Shown here: in pieces, positions 10,611-19,857 of the stretch
How positions within the stretch are numbered: the first letter of the stretch is position 1
Layout: every line of letters begins with the position of its first letter
Assembly: GCA_963793305.1 (NCBI GenBank)
Contig: CAWBZV010000003.1
Span: 1,440,001 to 1,504,000, forward strand
DNA: 64,000 bases
From: an uncultured Gemmatimonadales bacterium
Lineage (GTDB): Bacteria; Gemmatimonadota; Gemmatimonadetes; Gemmatimonadales; Gemmatimonadaceae
Reading direction: 5' to 3'
Made by a program: the position numbers and the translations under genes
Notes under the pieces: model-generated
Databases searched by the model: none
Seen by the model: the letters and a program-made list of their open reading frames with translations, nothing else
Told to the model about the DNA's origin: nothing

Positions 10611-11216
10611 ATGACGCCCGAGGAACAGCTCGAATACGACCGTAGTTTCGAGCAGGAGGCACTGCCGTGGCTCGACAACGTCTACCGATTCGCGCTGTCC
10701 CTGACCCGAAATGAAGCCGATGCCGACGACGTCGTTCAGGAAACCTTTCTCCGCGCCTACCGCTCGTGGCACACATTCGAGCGCGGAAGCGACGCCCGCC
10801 GCTGGCTCTTCACCATCTGCCGTAACGCCTTCCTGCGCACCCGCGAACGCGCCCGCCACCAGGTCGAACTGGAGGATGGCGACGTCGAAGCGGTGGCCCA
10901 TAACGTCGGCCAGAATGACGGCGCCGTCAGCGGCGACGAGCGCATTCTGACCCGCCTCGACCTCGCGCCGGCGCTTTCGAATGCCCTCGACAGGCTCCAG
11001 GAGCCATTCCGGTCGGCCGTGATGCTCGTCGACGTCGAAGATCAATCCTACGAAGCCGCATCGGCAATTCTCGGTGTGCCCATTGGCACGGTTCGATCCC
11101 GCCTCTTTCGTGGCCGTCGACTCTTGCAATCGATGCTCGCGAATTACGCGCGCGATGCCGGGTTCGCGACCGCGAAAACGCGTCCGGAGGACGCCAGTCC
11201 CGCCACTCATGAGTGA
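10611..11216 (+). CDS. ECF RNA polymerase sigma-70 factor (SigR/SigH-like)
   Basis: Region 2 (ADDVVQETFLRAY, WLFTICRN) and region 4 (SYEAASAILGVPIGTVRSRLFRGR). Confidence 0.95.
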   Translation: MTPEEQLEYDRSFEQEALPWLDNVYRFALSLTRNEADADDVVQETFLRAYRSWHTFERGSDARRWLFTICRNAFLRTRERARHQVELEDGDVEAVAHNVGQNDGAVSGDERILTRLDLAPALSNALDRLQEPFRSAVMLVDVEDQSYEAASAILGVPIGTVRSRLFRGRRLLQSMLANYARDAGFATAKTRPEDASPATHE

Positions 11217-11496
11217 GCAGAATCCTTCCACCCACAACCACGACTGCGGCCCGCTCGACTGCCGGGTCGTCCTTGAGCAACTCTGGGAATACCTCGACGG
11301 TGAGCTCAGCGAGGAAACCACGGTGCTAATCCGCCAGCACCTCGCGCTGTGCTCTTCCTGCTACCCGCAGTACGATTTCGAGAAAGCCTTTCTCGATGCC
11401 CTATCGGACTGCCGGTGTACGCGGTGCGCGCCCCACGAGCTCCGCGGCCGCGTGCTCGACGTCCTTCGGTCCGCGGGCTTTTCGGCGCCGGCCTAA
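11209..11496 (+). CDS. Zinc-binding anti-sigma factor (ZAS/zf-HC2, RsrA-like)
   Basis: C..VLEQLWEYLDGEL...HLALCSSC (HxxxCxxC); 7 Cys; overlaps the sigma stop. Confidence 0.92.
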   Translation: MSEQNPSTHNHDCGPLDCRVVLEQLWEYLDGELSEETTVLIRQHLALCSSCYPQYDFEKAFLDALSDCRCTRCAPHELRGRVLDVLRSAGFSAPA

Positions 11497-11930
11497 GCCG
11501 CCTTTCGTACCGACCCGGCCTCGCCGTTCAGAGTCAATGAGAACTCGACCGGGATCGCCGGATCGAGCGAGTTGCGTACCGAGCAATACTTGACGATCGC
11601 GAGCTCGATCGCCCGTTCCGCGTTCTCCCGATCGATTCCCGCCCCCGTGATGTGAAAATCGAGTCGCGCGCTCGTCACCCGTGCCGGGATCGCGTCCGCT
11701 CGCTCGGCGTGTGCGTCGATATAGAGCGCTTCGGGTGGCGTCCGGCGCTTCGTCAGAATATCCACGACATCGACCGCCGAGCACCCGGCCAGGGCGTTCA
11801 CCAGTGTGTCGACGGGACTTGGCCCCGTCTCGCCGCTGCCGTCCATGCGCGCCGTCGGCCGTCCAGGCCGCCCGCCGTCGAATTTCGCTCCGCCGGCCCA
11901 AGTGATGCGGAGGTTTACGGGAGGTTTCAT
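11493..11930 (-). CDS. OsmC/YhfA family protein
   Basis: GPSPVDTLVNALAGCSAVDVVDILTKRR and KYCSV two-Cys pattern. Confidence 0.92.
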   Translation of the reverse strand: MKPPVNLRITWAGGAKFDGGRPGRPTARMDGSGETGPSPVDTLVNALAGCSAVDVVDILTKRRTPPEALYIDAHAERADAIPARVTSARLDFHITGAGIDRENAERAIELAIVKYCSVRNSLDPAIPVEFSLTLNGEAGSVRKAA

Positions 11931-11968
11931 ATTCGCGAAACGTATACGCTAGCGTGGAGACGTAGAAC

Positions 11969-13582
11969 ATGGCGCAGCCAGGTTCATCAGAACCGACCAG
12001 TCGAGCGGAGCGCAGCGACGCATCGACGAGCCGCGGAGCGGCCAATCATATGGTCCCGGGGAGTGACCGACCTCCCATTCCGAGTGCCCAGAACCCACGA
12101 CCGCTGGCGCCCGACGAAACGATCACGGTCACCGTCCGCCTCCGCCCGGCCTCGCCCGACAAGGCCGACCGAATCTACAAGCGCGGCCCGCGCCGCCGCG
12201 GCGCCAAGCCGCTGTCCCGCGCCGCTCTCGCGGCGATCGTCAGCGCGAGCCCCGACGATGCCCGCGCCGTCGAGGCATTTGCCCACTCATTGGGCCTCAC
12301 GGTCGTCCAAGTCGATCTGGCACGTCGCACGATCGTCCTGAGCGGCCCAGCACCCGTCGTGCAAAAGGCTTTCGGCGTCACGTTGCACTGCGTGACAACG
12401 CCCCAGGGCGACTTCCGTCAGCGCACGGGAAGCGTGGTGGTCCCGTCGACGCTGGCCGATGTCGTCACGGGCGTCTTCGGGCTGGACAATCGCCCACAAG
12501 CCCGCACGCATTTTCGCATCCGCCGCCAACCGGCCGCGACGCCGGCCGTGAGCTACTCGGCGCCCAGCTTAAGCGGCGTTTACCAGTTTCCAAGCGGAGC
12601 CACCGGCGCCGGCCAATGCATTGGCCTGATCGAGCTCGGTGGAGGGTACCAGGCGTCGGATCTCAAGACGTACTTCAACGGCCTGTCGATCGCCGAGCCG
12701 ACCGTCGTCCCGGTCGGCGTCGACGGCGGAGCGAACTCGCCGACGGGCGACGCCAACGGCCCGGATGGCGAGGTGATGCTCGACATTGAAGTCGCCGGCG
12801 CGCTCGCTCCCGCCGCGACGATCGCCGTGTACTTCGCGCCGAACACCGACCAGGGATTTCTCGACGCGGTCACGACCGCCGTGCACGATACGACGCACAC
12901 GCCGACCGTGATCTCGATCAGCTGGGGCGGCCCGGAGTCCACCTGGACAGCGCAAGCGCAGCAGGCGATGGACGAGGCGTTCGCCGAAGCCGTCGCCATC
13001 GGCGTCGCGGTCTGCGTTGCCGCTGGCGACAGCGGCGCGACCGATGGCGTGACCGACGGCGCGCTGCACGTCGACTTCCCCGCGTCGAGCCCCAACGCGA
13101 TCGGCTGCGGTGGCACGAGCTTGGTCGTGTCAAACGGATCGCCCGCCGAGACAGTCTGGAATGATCTCGCGAGCAACGAAGGCGCGACCGGCGGTGGCTT
13201 TTCGACAACATTCCCGACGCCATCGTGGCAATCAAAGGCCACCGCCTCATTCAAGCAGACCGGCCGCGGCGTGCCCGATGTCAGCGCCGACGCCGACCCC
13301 GAGACGGGCTACAACGTCGTCGTCGATGGCTCGTCATTCGTGCTCGGCGGCACCAGCGCCGTCGCGCCGCTCTGGGCCGCGCTCATCGCCTGCTGTCAGC
13401 AAGCGAGCGGCCAGCACCTCACCGATCTCGTATCTCGGCTGTACACGGCGAACGGAGGATTTCGCGACATCACGCAGGGCGGCAACGGGGGCTACAACGC
13501 CGGCGCCGGCTGGGATCCGTGCACGGGACTCGGCGTTCCCGTCGGCTCCACGCTGCTCACTGCTGTCTGGGGGGCCAGTTAA
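11969..13582 (+). CDS. S53 (kumamolisin/sedolisin) serine-carboxyl peptidase with pro-domain
   Basis: EVMLDIE (ExxxD), AAGDSG, RGVPDVS, GGTSAVAP, GWDPCTGLG; GGAG SD. Confidence 0.95.
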   Translation: MAQPGSSEPTSRAERSDASTSRGAANHMVPGSDRPPIPSAQNPRPLAPDETITVTVRLRPASPDKADRIYKRGPRRRGAKPLSRAALAAIVSASPDDARAVEAFAHSLGLTVVQVDLARRTIVLSGPAPVVQKAFGVTLHCVTTPQGDFRQRTGSVVVPSTLADVVTGVFGLDNRPQARTHFRIRRQPAATPAVSYSAPSLSGVYQFPSGATGAGQCIGLIELGGGYQASDLKTYFNGLSIAEPTVVPVGVDGGANSPTGDANGPDGEVMLDIEVAGALAPAATIAVYFAPNTDQGFLDAVTTAVHDTTHTPTVISISWGGPESTWTAQAQQAMDEAFAEAVAIGVAVCVAAGDSGATDGVTDGALHVDFPASSPNAIGCGGTSLVVSNGSPAETVWNDLASNEGATGGGFSTTFPTPSWQSKATASFKQTGRGVPDVSADADPETGYNVVVDGSSFVLGGTSAVAPLWAALIACCQQASGQHLTDLVSRLYTANGGFRDITQGGNGGYNAGAGWDPCTGLGVPVGSTLLTAVWGAS

Positions 13583-13592
13583 GTTTCGTTCC

Positions 13593-13943
13593 GTGCCCGA
13601 GCCAATTCTGTATCCCTACACCCGCCACGTGCTCGTCTGCACGGGCGGGTTTTGTTCGCCGGACCGAAGGGGCCGCGCGATCTACGCCGAATTGGCGAAG
13701 CTGCTGGAGCGAGAGGGTCTCTTATTCGGGCCCACGCGGGTCAAGCGTGGCGAAACGCCGTGCCTCGGCGTCTGCGCGGGTGGTCCGATCGTCGTGGTGT
13801 ACCCCGAAGGCATCTGGTACGCGCACGTGACCCCCGCGCTCCTCGAGCGCATCGTCGTCGAGCACTTGAAGCACGGGCGCATCGTCGAGGATGCCGTGTT
13901 TCATCGTATGGATCAGCCTAGCGACGCTCCACTGCATCCCTGA
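13593..13943 (+). CDS. Thioredoxin-like [2Fe-2S] ferredoxin
   Basis: HVLVCTGGFC...PCLGVCAGGPIVVVYPEGIWY...IVVEHL. Confidence 0.92.
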   Translation: MPEPILYPYTRHVLVCTGGFCSPDRRGRAIYAELAKLLEREGLLFGPTRVKRGETPCLGVCAGGPIVVVYPEGIWYAHVTPALLERIVVEHLKHGRIVEDAVFHRMDQPSDAPLHP

Positions 13944-14232
13944 TGTCGAGCAGAATCTCGAAGTAGAGCTGCTCTCTTCGATACGCGAAGTCCAAGGTCG
14001 TCATCTGGTTCTGATCGCCACTGGTCTTCGCGCGGTCGAAGGCCTCGCGGTACATCTCGTCGAGATTGTTGAGTACGCGGTCGCGTGGACGGGACATGAT
14101 GGGTTGAGGAAAGGTGAGACGCGGTGGAACGAACGGAAGGTCTTCCGGCGGGGGCGTGACCCGCTCGGCGACATCCAGCAGTCGCCGGGCTGCCTCGCGC
14201 AGGAATCCCCGTGGAGTGAGTGGGTCAGACAT
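13918..14232 (-). CDS. Hypothetical helical protein
   Basis: Start overlaps the TerC stop; plausible coding composition (REQLYFEILLDIR). Confidence 0.7.
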   Translation of the reverse strand: MSDPLTPRGFLREAARRLLDVAERVTPPPEDLPFVPPRLTFPQPIMSRPRDRVLNNLDEMYREAFDRAKTSGDQNQMTTLDFAYRREQLYFEILLDIRDAVERR

Positions 14233-15022
14233 CGGGGCGCCGCAACTTAAGCGCCGAGACCGCGATGGTCAGGCCGAGGAGACCTAAGACCACGGCGAGG
14301 GTCACGGCGGGTGGCACAGGCACCACGAGGCCGACGGCGACGAAGATGAGAATGGCCGCGAGGCCACGGTCGAGATACGTGATCCGGCTGATCGACGACG
14401 CGACGAGTGCATACAGTGATCGGAGTCCGATCACCGCCAAAATATTCGCGGTGTAAATAAGAAACGGGTCCCGCGTGACCGCGAAGGCCGCCGGCACGGA
14501 ATCGATGGCGAATATCACGTCCGCCGTCTCGACCATCACCAGCGTCGCCAGGAATGCCGACACTCCAGTCATCGTTGTCGCGGGCGGCCGGTGCGGCTTG
14601 CCAATGGCCAATCGCACGCCAGCCCACACGAGGAGCGCGGCGAACACGTAGGAGACCCACTCCAGGCGCGCGAGCAACGTCGTCCCGGCCAGAATGAACG
14701 CGGCGCGCATGACGACCGCGCCGAGCACGCCCCAGAGCAGCATGCGATGCTGATCGGGCTCGGACACGTGCCGCGACGTGAAGATGTACAGCATGACCAC
14801 GATGTTATCCGCCGAGAGGGAGAACTCGATCAGATAGCACGTGATGAACGCCACGGCAGCCGCGTTGCCCATGGTCTGCCGGACCCACACGGCGAACGCC
14901 AGGGCAAGCGCCACCCAGACGGCCGTCCAGACTGCCGCCCCTCGGCGTCCGCCCTTGCCGCCGAAGATCAGGTCCAGGCCGAGGGCGGCTAATACGACGA
15001 CATGGAACCCGACCCAGGTCGT
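14225..15022 (-). CDS. TerC/Alx family membrane protein (apparent ACG start; first canonical start is GTG 14914)
   Basis: YLIEFSLSADN, QHRMLLWGVLGAVVMR, DVIFAIDSVPA, NILAVIGLRSLY. An in-frame N-terminal TM (WVGFHVVVLAALGLDL) lies upstream of 14914. Confidence 0.9.
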   Translation of the reverse strand, partial: TTWVGFHVVVLAALGLDLIFGGKGGRRGAAVWTAVWVALALAFAVWVRQTMGNAAAVAFITCYLIEFSLSADNIVVMLYIFTSRHVSEPDQHRMLLWGVLGAVVMRAAFILAGTTLLARLEWVSYVFAALLVWAGVRLAIGKPHRPPATTMTGVSAFLATLVMVETADVIFAIDSVPAAFAVTRDPFLIYTANILAVIGLRSLYALVASSISRITYLDRGLAAILIFVAVGLVVPVPPAVTLAVVLGLLGLTIAVSALKLRRPDV

Positions 15023-17115
15023 TAGAACGCCGCCAGCTCCTCGTAGGCGCGAACGAAATCAGATACTTGCGGGAGCGTCGCATCCTCGAGCTTCGGGGCA
15101 TATCCGACGAAGACATCAAGCGATGCCACGCGCTTCACCGGCGCGTCGAGCCACGCAAAGCACTCATCGGCGATCGCGGCCGAGATCTCGGCCCCATATC
15201 CCCAGGAGCTCGAATCTTCATACGCTACGAGAACGCGCGACGTTTTTCGTACGGACGCAAACACCGCCTCGCGATCCCACGGCGACAAGGTGCGCAGATC
15301 GATGATCTCGACGTCGATCCCTCTCTCCGCCACATCATTCGCCGCCACGAGTGCGCGCTGCACCGTGGCGCCGTAAGTGACCACCGTGAGGTCGCGACCA
15401 GGCCGTACAACGCGCGCTTTGCCGAACGGAATCATGAAGTTGGAGCCAGGCGAGCGCCCCTTGTTGTACGTCTGCCGATACAGATGCTTGTGCTCGAGGA
15501 AGATGACGGGATCGTCGCAACGGATCGCGGTGCGCAACAACCCGTTCGCGTCGAGTGCAGTCGACGGACACACCACGCGCAGTCCGGGACAGTGCGTAAA
15601 GAGCGAGGCGCCAGTCTGAGAGTGATAGATGGCCCCGCGGATGTAGCCGCCGTACGTCACGCGCACGACCACCGGCGCGCTGAACGAGTTATTCGACCGC
15701 CACCGCATCGTCGCCAGCTCGTCGCGGAGCTGCATATACGCGGTCCAGATGTAATCGAAGAACTGAATCTCGACGACCGGCTTGAACCCGCGCGTCGCCA
15801 ACCCGATGGCCCGCCCGATGATGTTCGCCTCGGCCAGCGGCGAATTGTACACGCGGTTGGCGCCGAACTCGCGCTGCAGCCCCCAGGTGACCTTGAACAC
15901 GCCACCCTTGCCCTTCACCTGATCGAGCACCTCTTCGCGCGATGCATCGGCCACGTCCTCACCGAACACCAAAATCTTCGGGTCGCGCCGCATCTCGTCC
16001 CGCATGCAGACATTGAGCAGATCGACCATCGTCGTCGGCTCACCGCTCAGCTGCGGATCATCCTCGGTGTCGAACTGCTCGCCAGTCGGATCGACATCCG
16101 GCGAGTACACCGCGTACAACGCGGTCGAGCCCTCGGGCTGCGGCTGCGCGAGCGCATCGTCGGTCGCCGCCTGTATCTCGGCGTCCGCCGCCTCGCGGAT
16201 CGCGGCCAACTCGTCCTCGGTGGCCAGCCCTTCGGCAACGAGCCACGCCGGGAACGTGCGCAGCGGGTCGCGCTGCGCATCGGCATCGCGCTCAGCCGGT
16301 GGGCGATAGAGCTTCTCGTCATCGGAGAGCGAGTGCGAATACGGCCGGATAACGGTCGCCCGCACGAGCGCCGGACCCTTTCGCTCCCTCGCGTACTGCA
16401 CGGCGCGCGACATGGCGCCGTAGCTCGCGATCACGTCGCAGCCGTCAACATCTTCGACATACAAACCCGGAAACGATCGTACCAACTTCGAAATCGAGCC
16501 GCCGGGCGTATTGACCTCGACGGGCACCGAGATCGCGTACCCGTTGTCCTCGACGAGGTACACGACGGGCAATTTCAGGTTGGTCGCCGTACTCAACGAT
16601 TCCCAAAATTCCCCTTCGCTCGTCGCCCCGTCGCCGGTCGAGACATAGCAGACTTCGTCTGTAGTCGCGAGATCATTCCCACGGAGCCACCCCTCGGCAC
16701 ACCCAACAGCCTGCAAGAATTGCGTCCCGGTGGGCGACGAAGACGACGTGATGTTATACGCCTTAGCGCCCCAGTGGCTCGGCATTTGGCGGCCACCCGA
16801 CGCAGGGTCGATCGCCGCCCCAACGGCCTCATAGAGCATGTCGGCCGGCGTGACGCCGAGCATCAAGCAGAGCGCGCGGTCGCGGTAGTAGGTATAGAAC
16901 CAGTCGGCGCCCGAGCGGAGCGCGAGCCCCGCGGCGACCAATATCGCTTCGTGCCCAGCGCCAGAGATCTGAAAGAAGATCTTGTTCTGACCCTTGAGCT
17001 GAATCTCTTTATCATCAATGCGCCGCGCCAGATACATGGTGCGATACGCGGCAATCAGTTGGTCGCGGCGGAGACCACCGGCCACCGCGCCTTCAAGGTC
17101 GGTATGTGCAGCCAT
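15022..17115 (-). CDS. 2-oxoacid (likely branched-chain) dehydrogenase E1, fused alpha/beta
   Basis: Alpha: [11 protein letters not shown] and TPP motif GDGATSEG...EDN. Beta: FGEDVA, NSPLAE, EIQFFDY, FLEHK, IDLRTL. Confidence 0.93.
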   Translation of the reverse strand: MAAHTDLEGAVAGGLRRDQLIAAYRTMYLARRIDDKEIQLKGQNKIFFQISGAGHEAILVAAGLALRSGADWFYTYYRDRALCLMLGVTPADMLYEAVGAAIDPASGGRQMPSHWGAKAYNITSSSSPTGTQFLQAVGCAEGWLRGNDLATTDEVCYVSTGDGATSEGEFWESLSTATNLKLPVVYLVEDNGYAISVPVEVNTPGGSISKLVRSFPGLYVEDVDGCDVIASYGAMSRAVQYARERKGPALVRATVIRPYSHSLSDDEKLYRPPAERDADAQRDPLRTFPAWLVAEGLATEDELAAIREAADAEIQAATDDALAQPQPEGSTALYAVYSPDVDPTGEQFDTEDDPQLSGEPTTMVDLLNVCMRDEMRRDPKILVFGEDVADASREEVLDQVKGKGGVFKVTWGLQREFGANRVYNSPLAEANIIGRAIGLATRGFKPVVEIQFFDYIWTAYMQLRDELATMRWRSNNSFSAPVVVRVTYGGYIRGAIYHSQTGASLFTHCPGLRVVCPSTALDANGLLRTAIRCDDPVIFLEHKHLYRQTYNKGRSPGSNFMIPFGKARVVRPGRDLTVVTYGATVQRALVAANDVAERGIDVEIIDLRTLSPWDREAVFASVRKTSRVLVAYEDSSSWGYGAEISAAIADECFAWLDAPVKRVASLDVFVGYAPKLEDATLPQVSDFVRAYEELAAF

Positions 17116-17144
17116 CGCGATAAAATAGCCGACGCCGGGATTTC

Positions 17145-17173
17145 TTGACAGCGCTGCGTACATGAGGAACATT
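17145..17173 (+). promoter_or_regulatory. Putative sigma-70 promoter for HIT-MarR (TTGACA-N17-AACATT)
   Basis: Perfect -35, 17-nt spacer and weak -10 upstream of ATG 17188. Confidence 0.45.
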
Positions 17174-17187
17174 GGTGAGGGATTCCA

Positions 17188-17640
17188 ATGACCAAACCAA
17201 GTCCGCATTGCATCTTCTGCGACCTCATCCGGGGTGCAGCGGAAGTGTCCATATGTTACGAGGACGCGACGGCCCTCGCGTTCATGGACATTCAGCCGGT
17301 CAATCCCGGCCACGTCCTGGTCGTCCCGAAAGCCCATTACGAAACCTTGGTCGACGTGCCCCACGACGTGGCGATGCATCTGTTCAATGTCTCGATGCGC
17401 CTCGCGCCGGTCATTCGCCGCATGGCGGGCGCGCGCGACATGAACATCGTGGTCAATAGCGGCCCGAACGCGGGACAGAACGTCTTCCACTATCACGTGC
17501 ATCTCATCCCGCGGACGAACACCGACGGCTTCGACATCCCGCTCCCGTTCGACCGCTCACTCATGCCCGACCGGACGCTGCTCGATGCGATGGCGGCCCG
17601 CATCACGACCGCGCTCCGCGATCCCGTGCGGGTCGCATGA
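17188..17640 (+). CDS. HIT family nucleotide hydrolase
   Basis: [33 protein letters not shown]. Confidence 0.95.
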   Translation: MTKPSPHCIFCDLIRGAAEVSICYEDATALAFMDIQPVNPGHVLVVPKAHYETLVDVPHDVAMHLFNVSMRLAPVIRRMAGARDMNIVVNSGPNAGQNVFHYHVHLIPRTNTDGFDIPLPFDRSLMPDRTLLDAMAARITTALRDPVRVA

Positions 17641-18122
17641 CGACCAAAGCGCCGAACGACATCGCGAGCACGCTGTGGGCGGCGCTCGGCGACGCGTATG
17701 CGGCGATGGCCGCGCACGCGACGGCCGATGCCGCGCGCTACGGCTTTAGCCTGGCCGAGCTGGCGGTGCTCGATGTCCTCCACGAGCGCGGGCCAATGCT
17801 CCTGGGCGAGCTCCAGCGCCACGTGTCGGTCTCGAGCGGCGGCGCGACCTTCCTGGTCGATCGCCTGGAAGGCAAGGGGCTCGTTCGCCGGAAGAGTTGC
17901 GCCGACGACCGGCGGGCGACGTTCGCGGCCCTGACGTCGAAAGGCGAGAAGGTGCTCACGCGCATTCGGCCCAAGCACGTGCGCGCGATCCGCAAAGCGG
18001 CCTCGGGACTGAGCGGCCGCCGCCAGCGCATGGTGACGAAGCTACTCCGCGAGCTCGCCGAAGCCGCTACCGCTAATAGTCGACCGGACGCAAATAGCTC
18101 TCGCCGATCCCGGACTGACTGA
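17637..18122 (+). CDS. MarR family transcriptional regulator
   Basis: LVDRLEGKGLVRR...DDRRATFAALTSKG wHTH pattern; ATGA coupling to HIT. Confidence 0.92.
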   Translation: MTTKAPNDIASTLWAALGDAYAAMAAHATADAARYGFSLAELAVLDVLHERGPMLLGELQRHVSVSSGGATFLVDRLEGKGLVRRKSCADDRRATFAALTSKGEKVLTRIRPKHVRAIRKAASGLSGRRQRMVTKLLRELAEAATANSRPDANSSRRSRTD

Positions 18123-19848
18123 GCAGGGCCACGGTGGGAAGCCGGCGCTTCCAGTGCGTGCCGGAGAGTCGCTTGTACACGAGATCGACTTCCTCAGGGA
18201 CAAACCCCCGCGTCGTGAGCTCGGCCGGCGAGTAGCCCGCGAGCAGCCAATTCAAGATCGCGTCGGCCTTGCCGTAGCTGATCCCGAAATCCGCTTCGTC
18301 CGTCTGCCCACGAATGAGATCGGCCGACGCCGGCTTGTGCACAATGACGTCCGGGACGCCGAGATGCCTCGCCAGCGCCCACACCTGAGTCTTGAAGAGA
18401 TCCCCGAGCGGATTGATCGGCGGGGAGTCGTCCGCGTGCCAGGTGAAGTAGCCGAATAACCGCTCGGTCTTGTTGCCCGTCCCCAACGGCAACGCATCAT
18501 ACCGCGCCGAGAGATCGAACAACACGATCATGCGCTGGCGTGCCATGACGTTGCCACGTCGCGCCGGATCGGCATCGGGCTCAGACTGCAGGTACCCGTC
18601 CACGGCCGGCGAGATGTCGACCGTTCTCGACTCGATCCCGAGCGCGTCGACCACGAGCTCGGCGTGTGCCAGGCTCTCGGGGTTCGACGTGCGATACGGC
18701 ATGCGGACGGCGATGACGTTCTCGGGGCCCAATGCTTTCGCCGCCAGGAACGCGGTGACCGCGGAATCGACGCCACCAGAGAGCCCGATGACGGCCTTCT
18801 CGAATCCCCTTCGCTCCAGCTCGTCGCGAATAAACGTCGTGAGCCAGCGCTCGACGAGCGGTGCATCGATCGCCAGTGGTGGCGGCCCGCCACTGGGTCG
18901 ACAGGCGTTGCCCTGCGTTTCCGTGGGCGCGGGATCATATGACACTGCCGCCCGTGCGCCGCCCACTCGTGCCAGCGCATCGCGCAAATAGGGGAGGCCA
19001 GTGCGCAGATCCGCGAGCAGTGGCGCATCAGCGCGGGCGCGAGCGATATCCGCCAGATCGATCGTCTGCGCGATCAGCGCCGGCTGAAACAACGGCGCCC
19101 GCGCGCGGACATCGCCCGCCGGGCCAACGATCAGTGAGTCGCCGATGAACGCCTTTCCCCCCTCCATGCCGACGAGGTTCGTGTAGAGCACATACATGCC
19201 ATGCTCCTCGGCCGTCCCCCGCACCAGCCGCTCCCATCTCGACACCGTGGCAGGTCCCGGGACCCCGTCCTCGCGCGGCCAGATCCCGCGGGCCGGCGCG
19301 GCGGAGGGAACGAAGAGAATCTGCGCACCATCGAGCGCCTCGATCGTCGCCGGAAGGCCGTGCCAGAGGTCCTCGCACACCAGTATTCCCGCCCGACCCC
19401 ATGGCGTGTCGAACGCGCGAATATCGTGACCGCGCTCGACAAATCGCTCCTCATCAAATAGCCCGTACGTGGGCAAAAACGTTTTGCGATGCACGTGACG
19501 AATGGTCGGCCCATCGGGACCCAGCGTCACGTACATCGCGCTGTTGTAGAGAATGCCTTGCCACCGCTCGTAGAATCCGAGCACGACATCCAACGGCAAC
19601 GTCGACGCCGCGGCGGTGTAGATGCGCTGGAGGTCGGCGGCAAGGGCGCCGGCCGTGAGCGCGACCTCTTCCGTGCCTCCTTCGAGGAAGTACCCGGTGA
19701 GTGCCGTCTCCGGCAGGTGCAAAACCTGCGGGCGCGGCGTCATCCGGTCGACGCGCTCGAACAGCGCCCCAAGTTGCTGGAGATTGAGCGCGTAGTCAGC
19801 TTTGCGGGGCGAGATCTGTCCGATGGCGACGTTGAGATACGGCGGCAT
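18073..19848 (-). CDS. nadE: Glutamine-dependent NAD+ synthetase (nitrilase-like domain fused to NadE)
   Basis: E-K-C triad (LPET, HRKTFLP, VCEDLW); GLSGGVDS, GNVMARQRM, GTGNKTE, DLFKTQV. Confidence 0.94.
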   Translation of the reverse strand: MPPYLNVAIGQISPRKADYALNLQQLGALFERVDRMTPRPQVLHLPETALTGYFLEGGTEEVALTAGALAADLQRIYTAAASTLPLDVVLGFYERWQGILYNSAMYVTLGPDGPTIRHVHRKTFLPTYGLFDEERFVERGHDIRAFDTPWGRAGILVCEDLWHGLPATIEALDGAQILFVPSAAPARGIWPREDGVPGPATVSRWERLVRGTAEEHGMYVLYTNLVGMEGGKAFIGDSLIVGPAGDVRARAPLFQPALIAQTIDLADIARARADAPLLADLRTGLPYLRDALARVGGARAAVSYDPAPTETQGNACRPSGGPPPLAIDAPLVERWLTTFIRDELERRGFEKAVIGLSGGVDSAVTAFLAAKALGPENVIAVRMPYRTSNPESLAHAELVVDALGIESRTVDISPAVDGYLQSEPDADPARRGNVMARQRMIVLFDLSARYDALPLGTGNKTERLFGYFTWHADDSPPINPLGDLFKTQVWALARHLGVPDVIVHKPASADLIRGQTDEADFGISYGKADAILNWLLAGYSPAELTTRGFVPEEVDLVYKRLSGTHWKRRLPTVALLSQSGIGESYLRPVDY

Positions 19849-19857
19849 ACTCTAAAT

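Noticed and set aside
15067..17148. Long antisense or alternate-frame ORFs (e.g. 15067-17148+, 22974-24476+, 24726-26306-, 50510-51931-, the 5' part of 43295-44911-)
   Set aside because: Shadow ORFs of well-supported genes, expected in high-GC DNA; no motifs.
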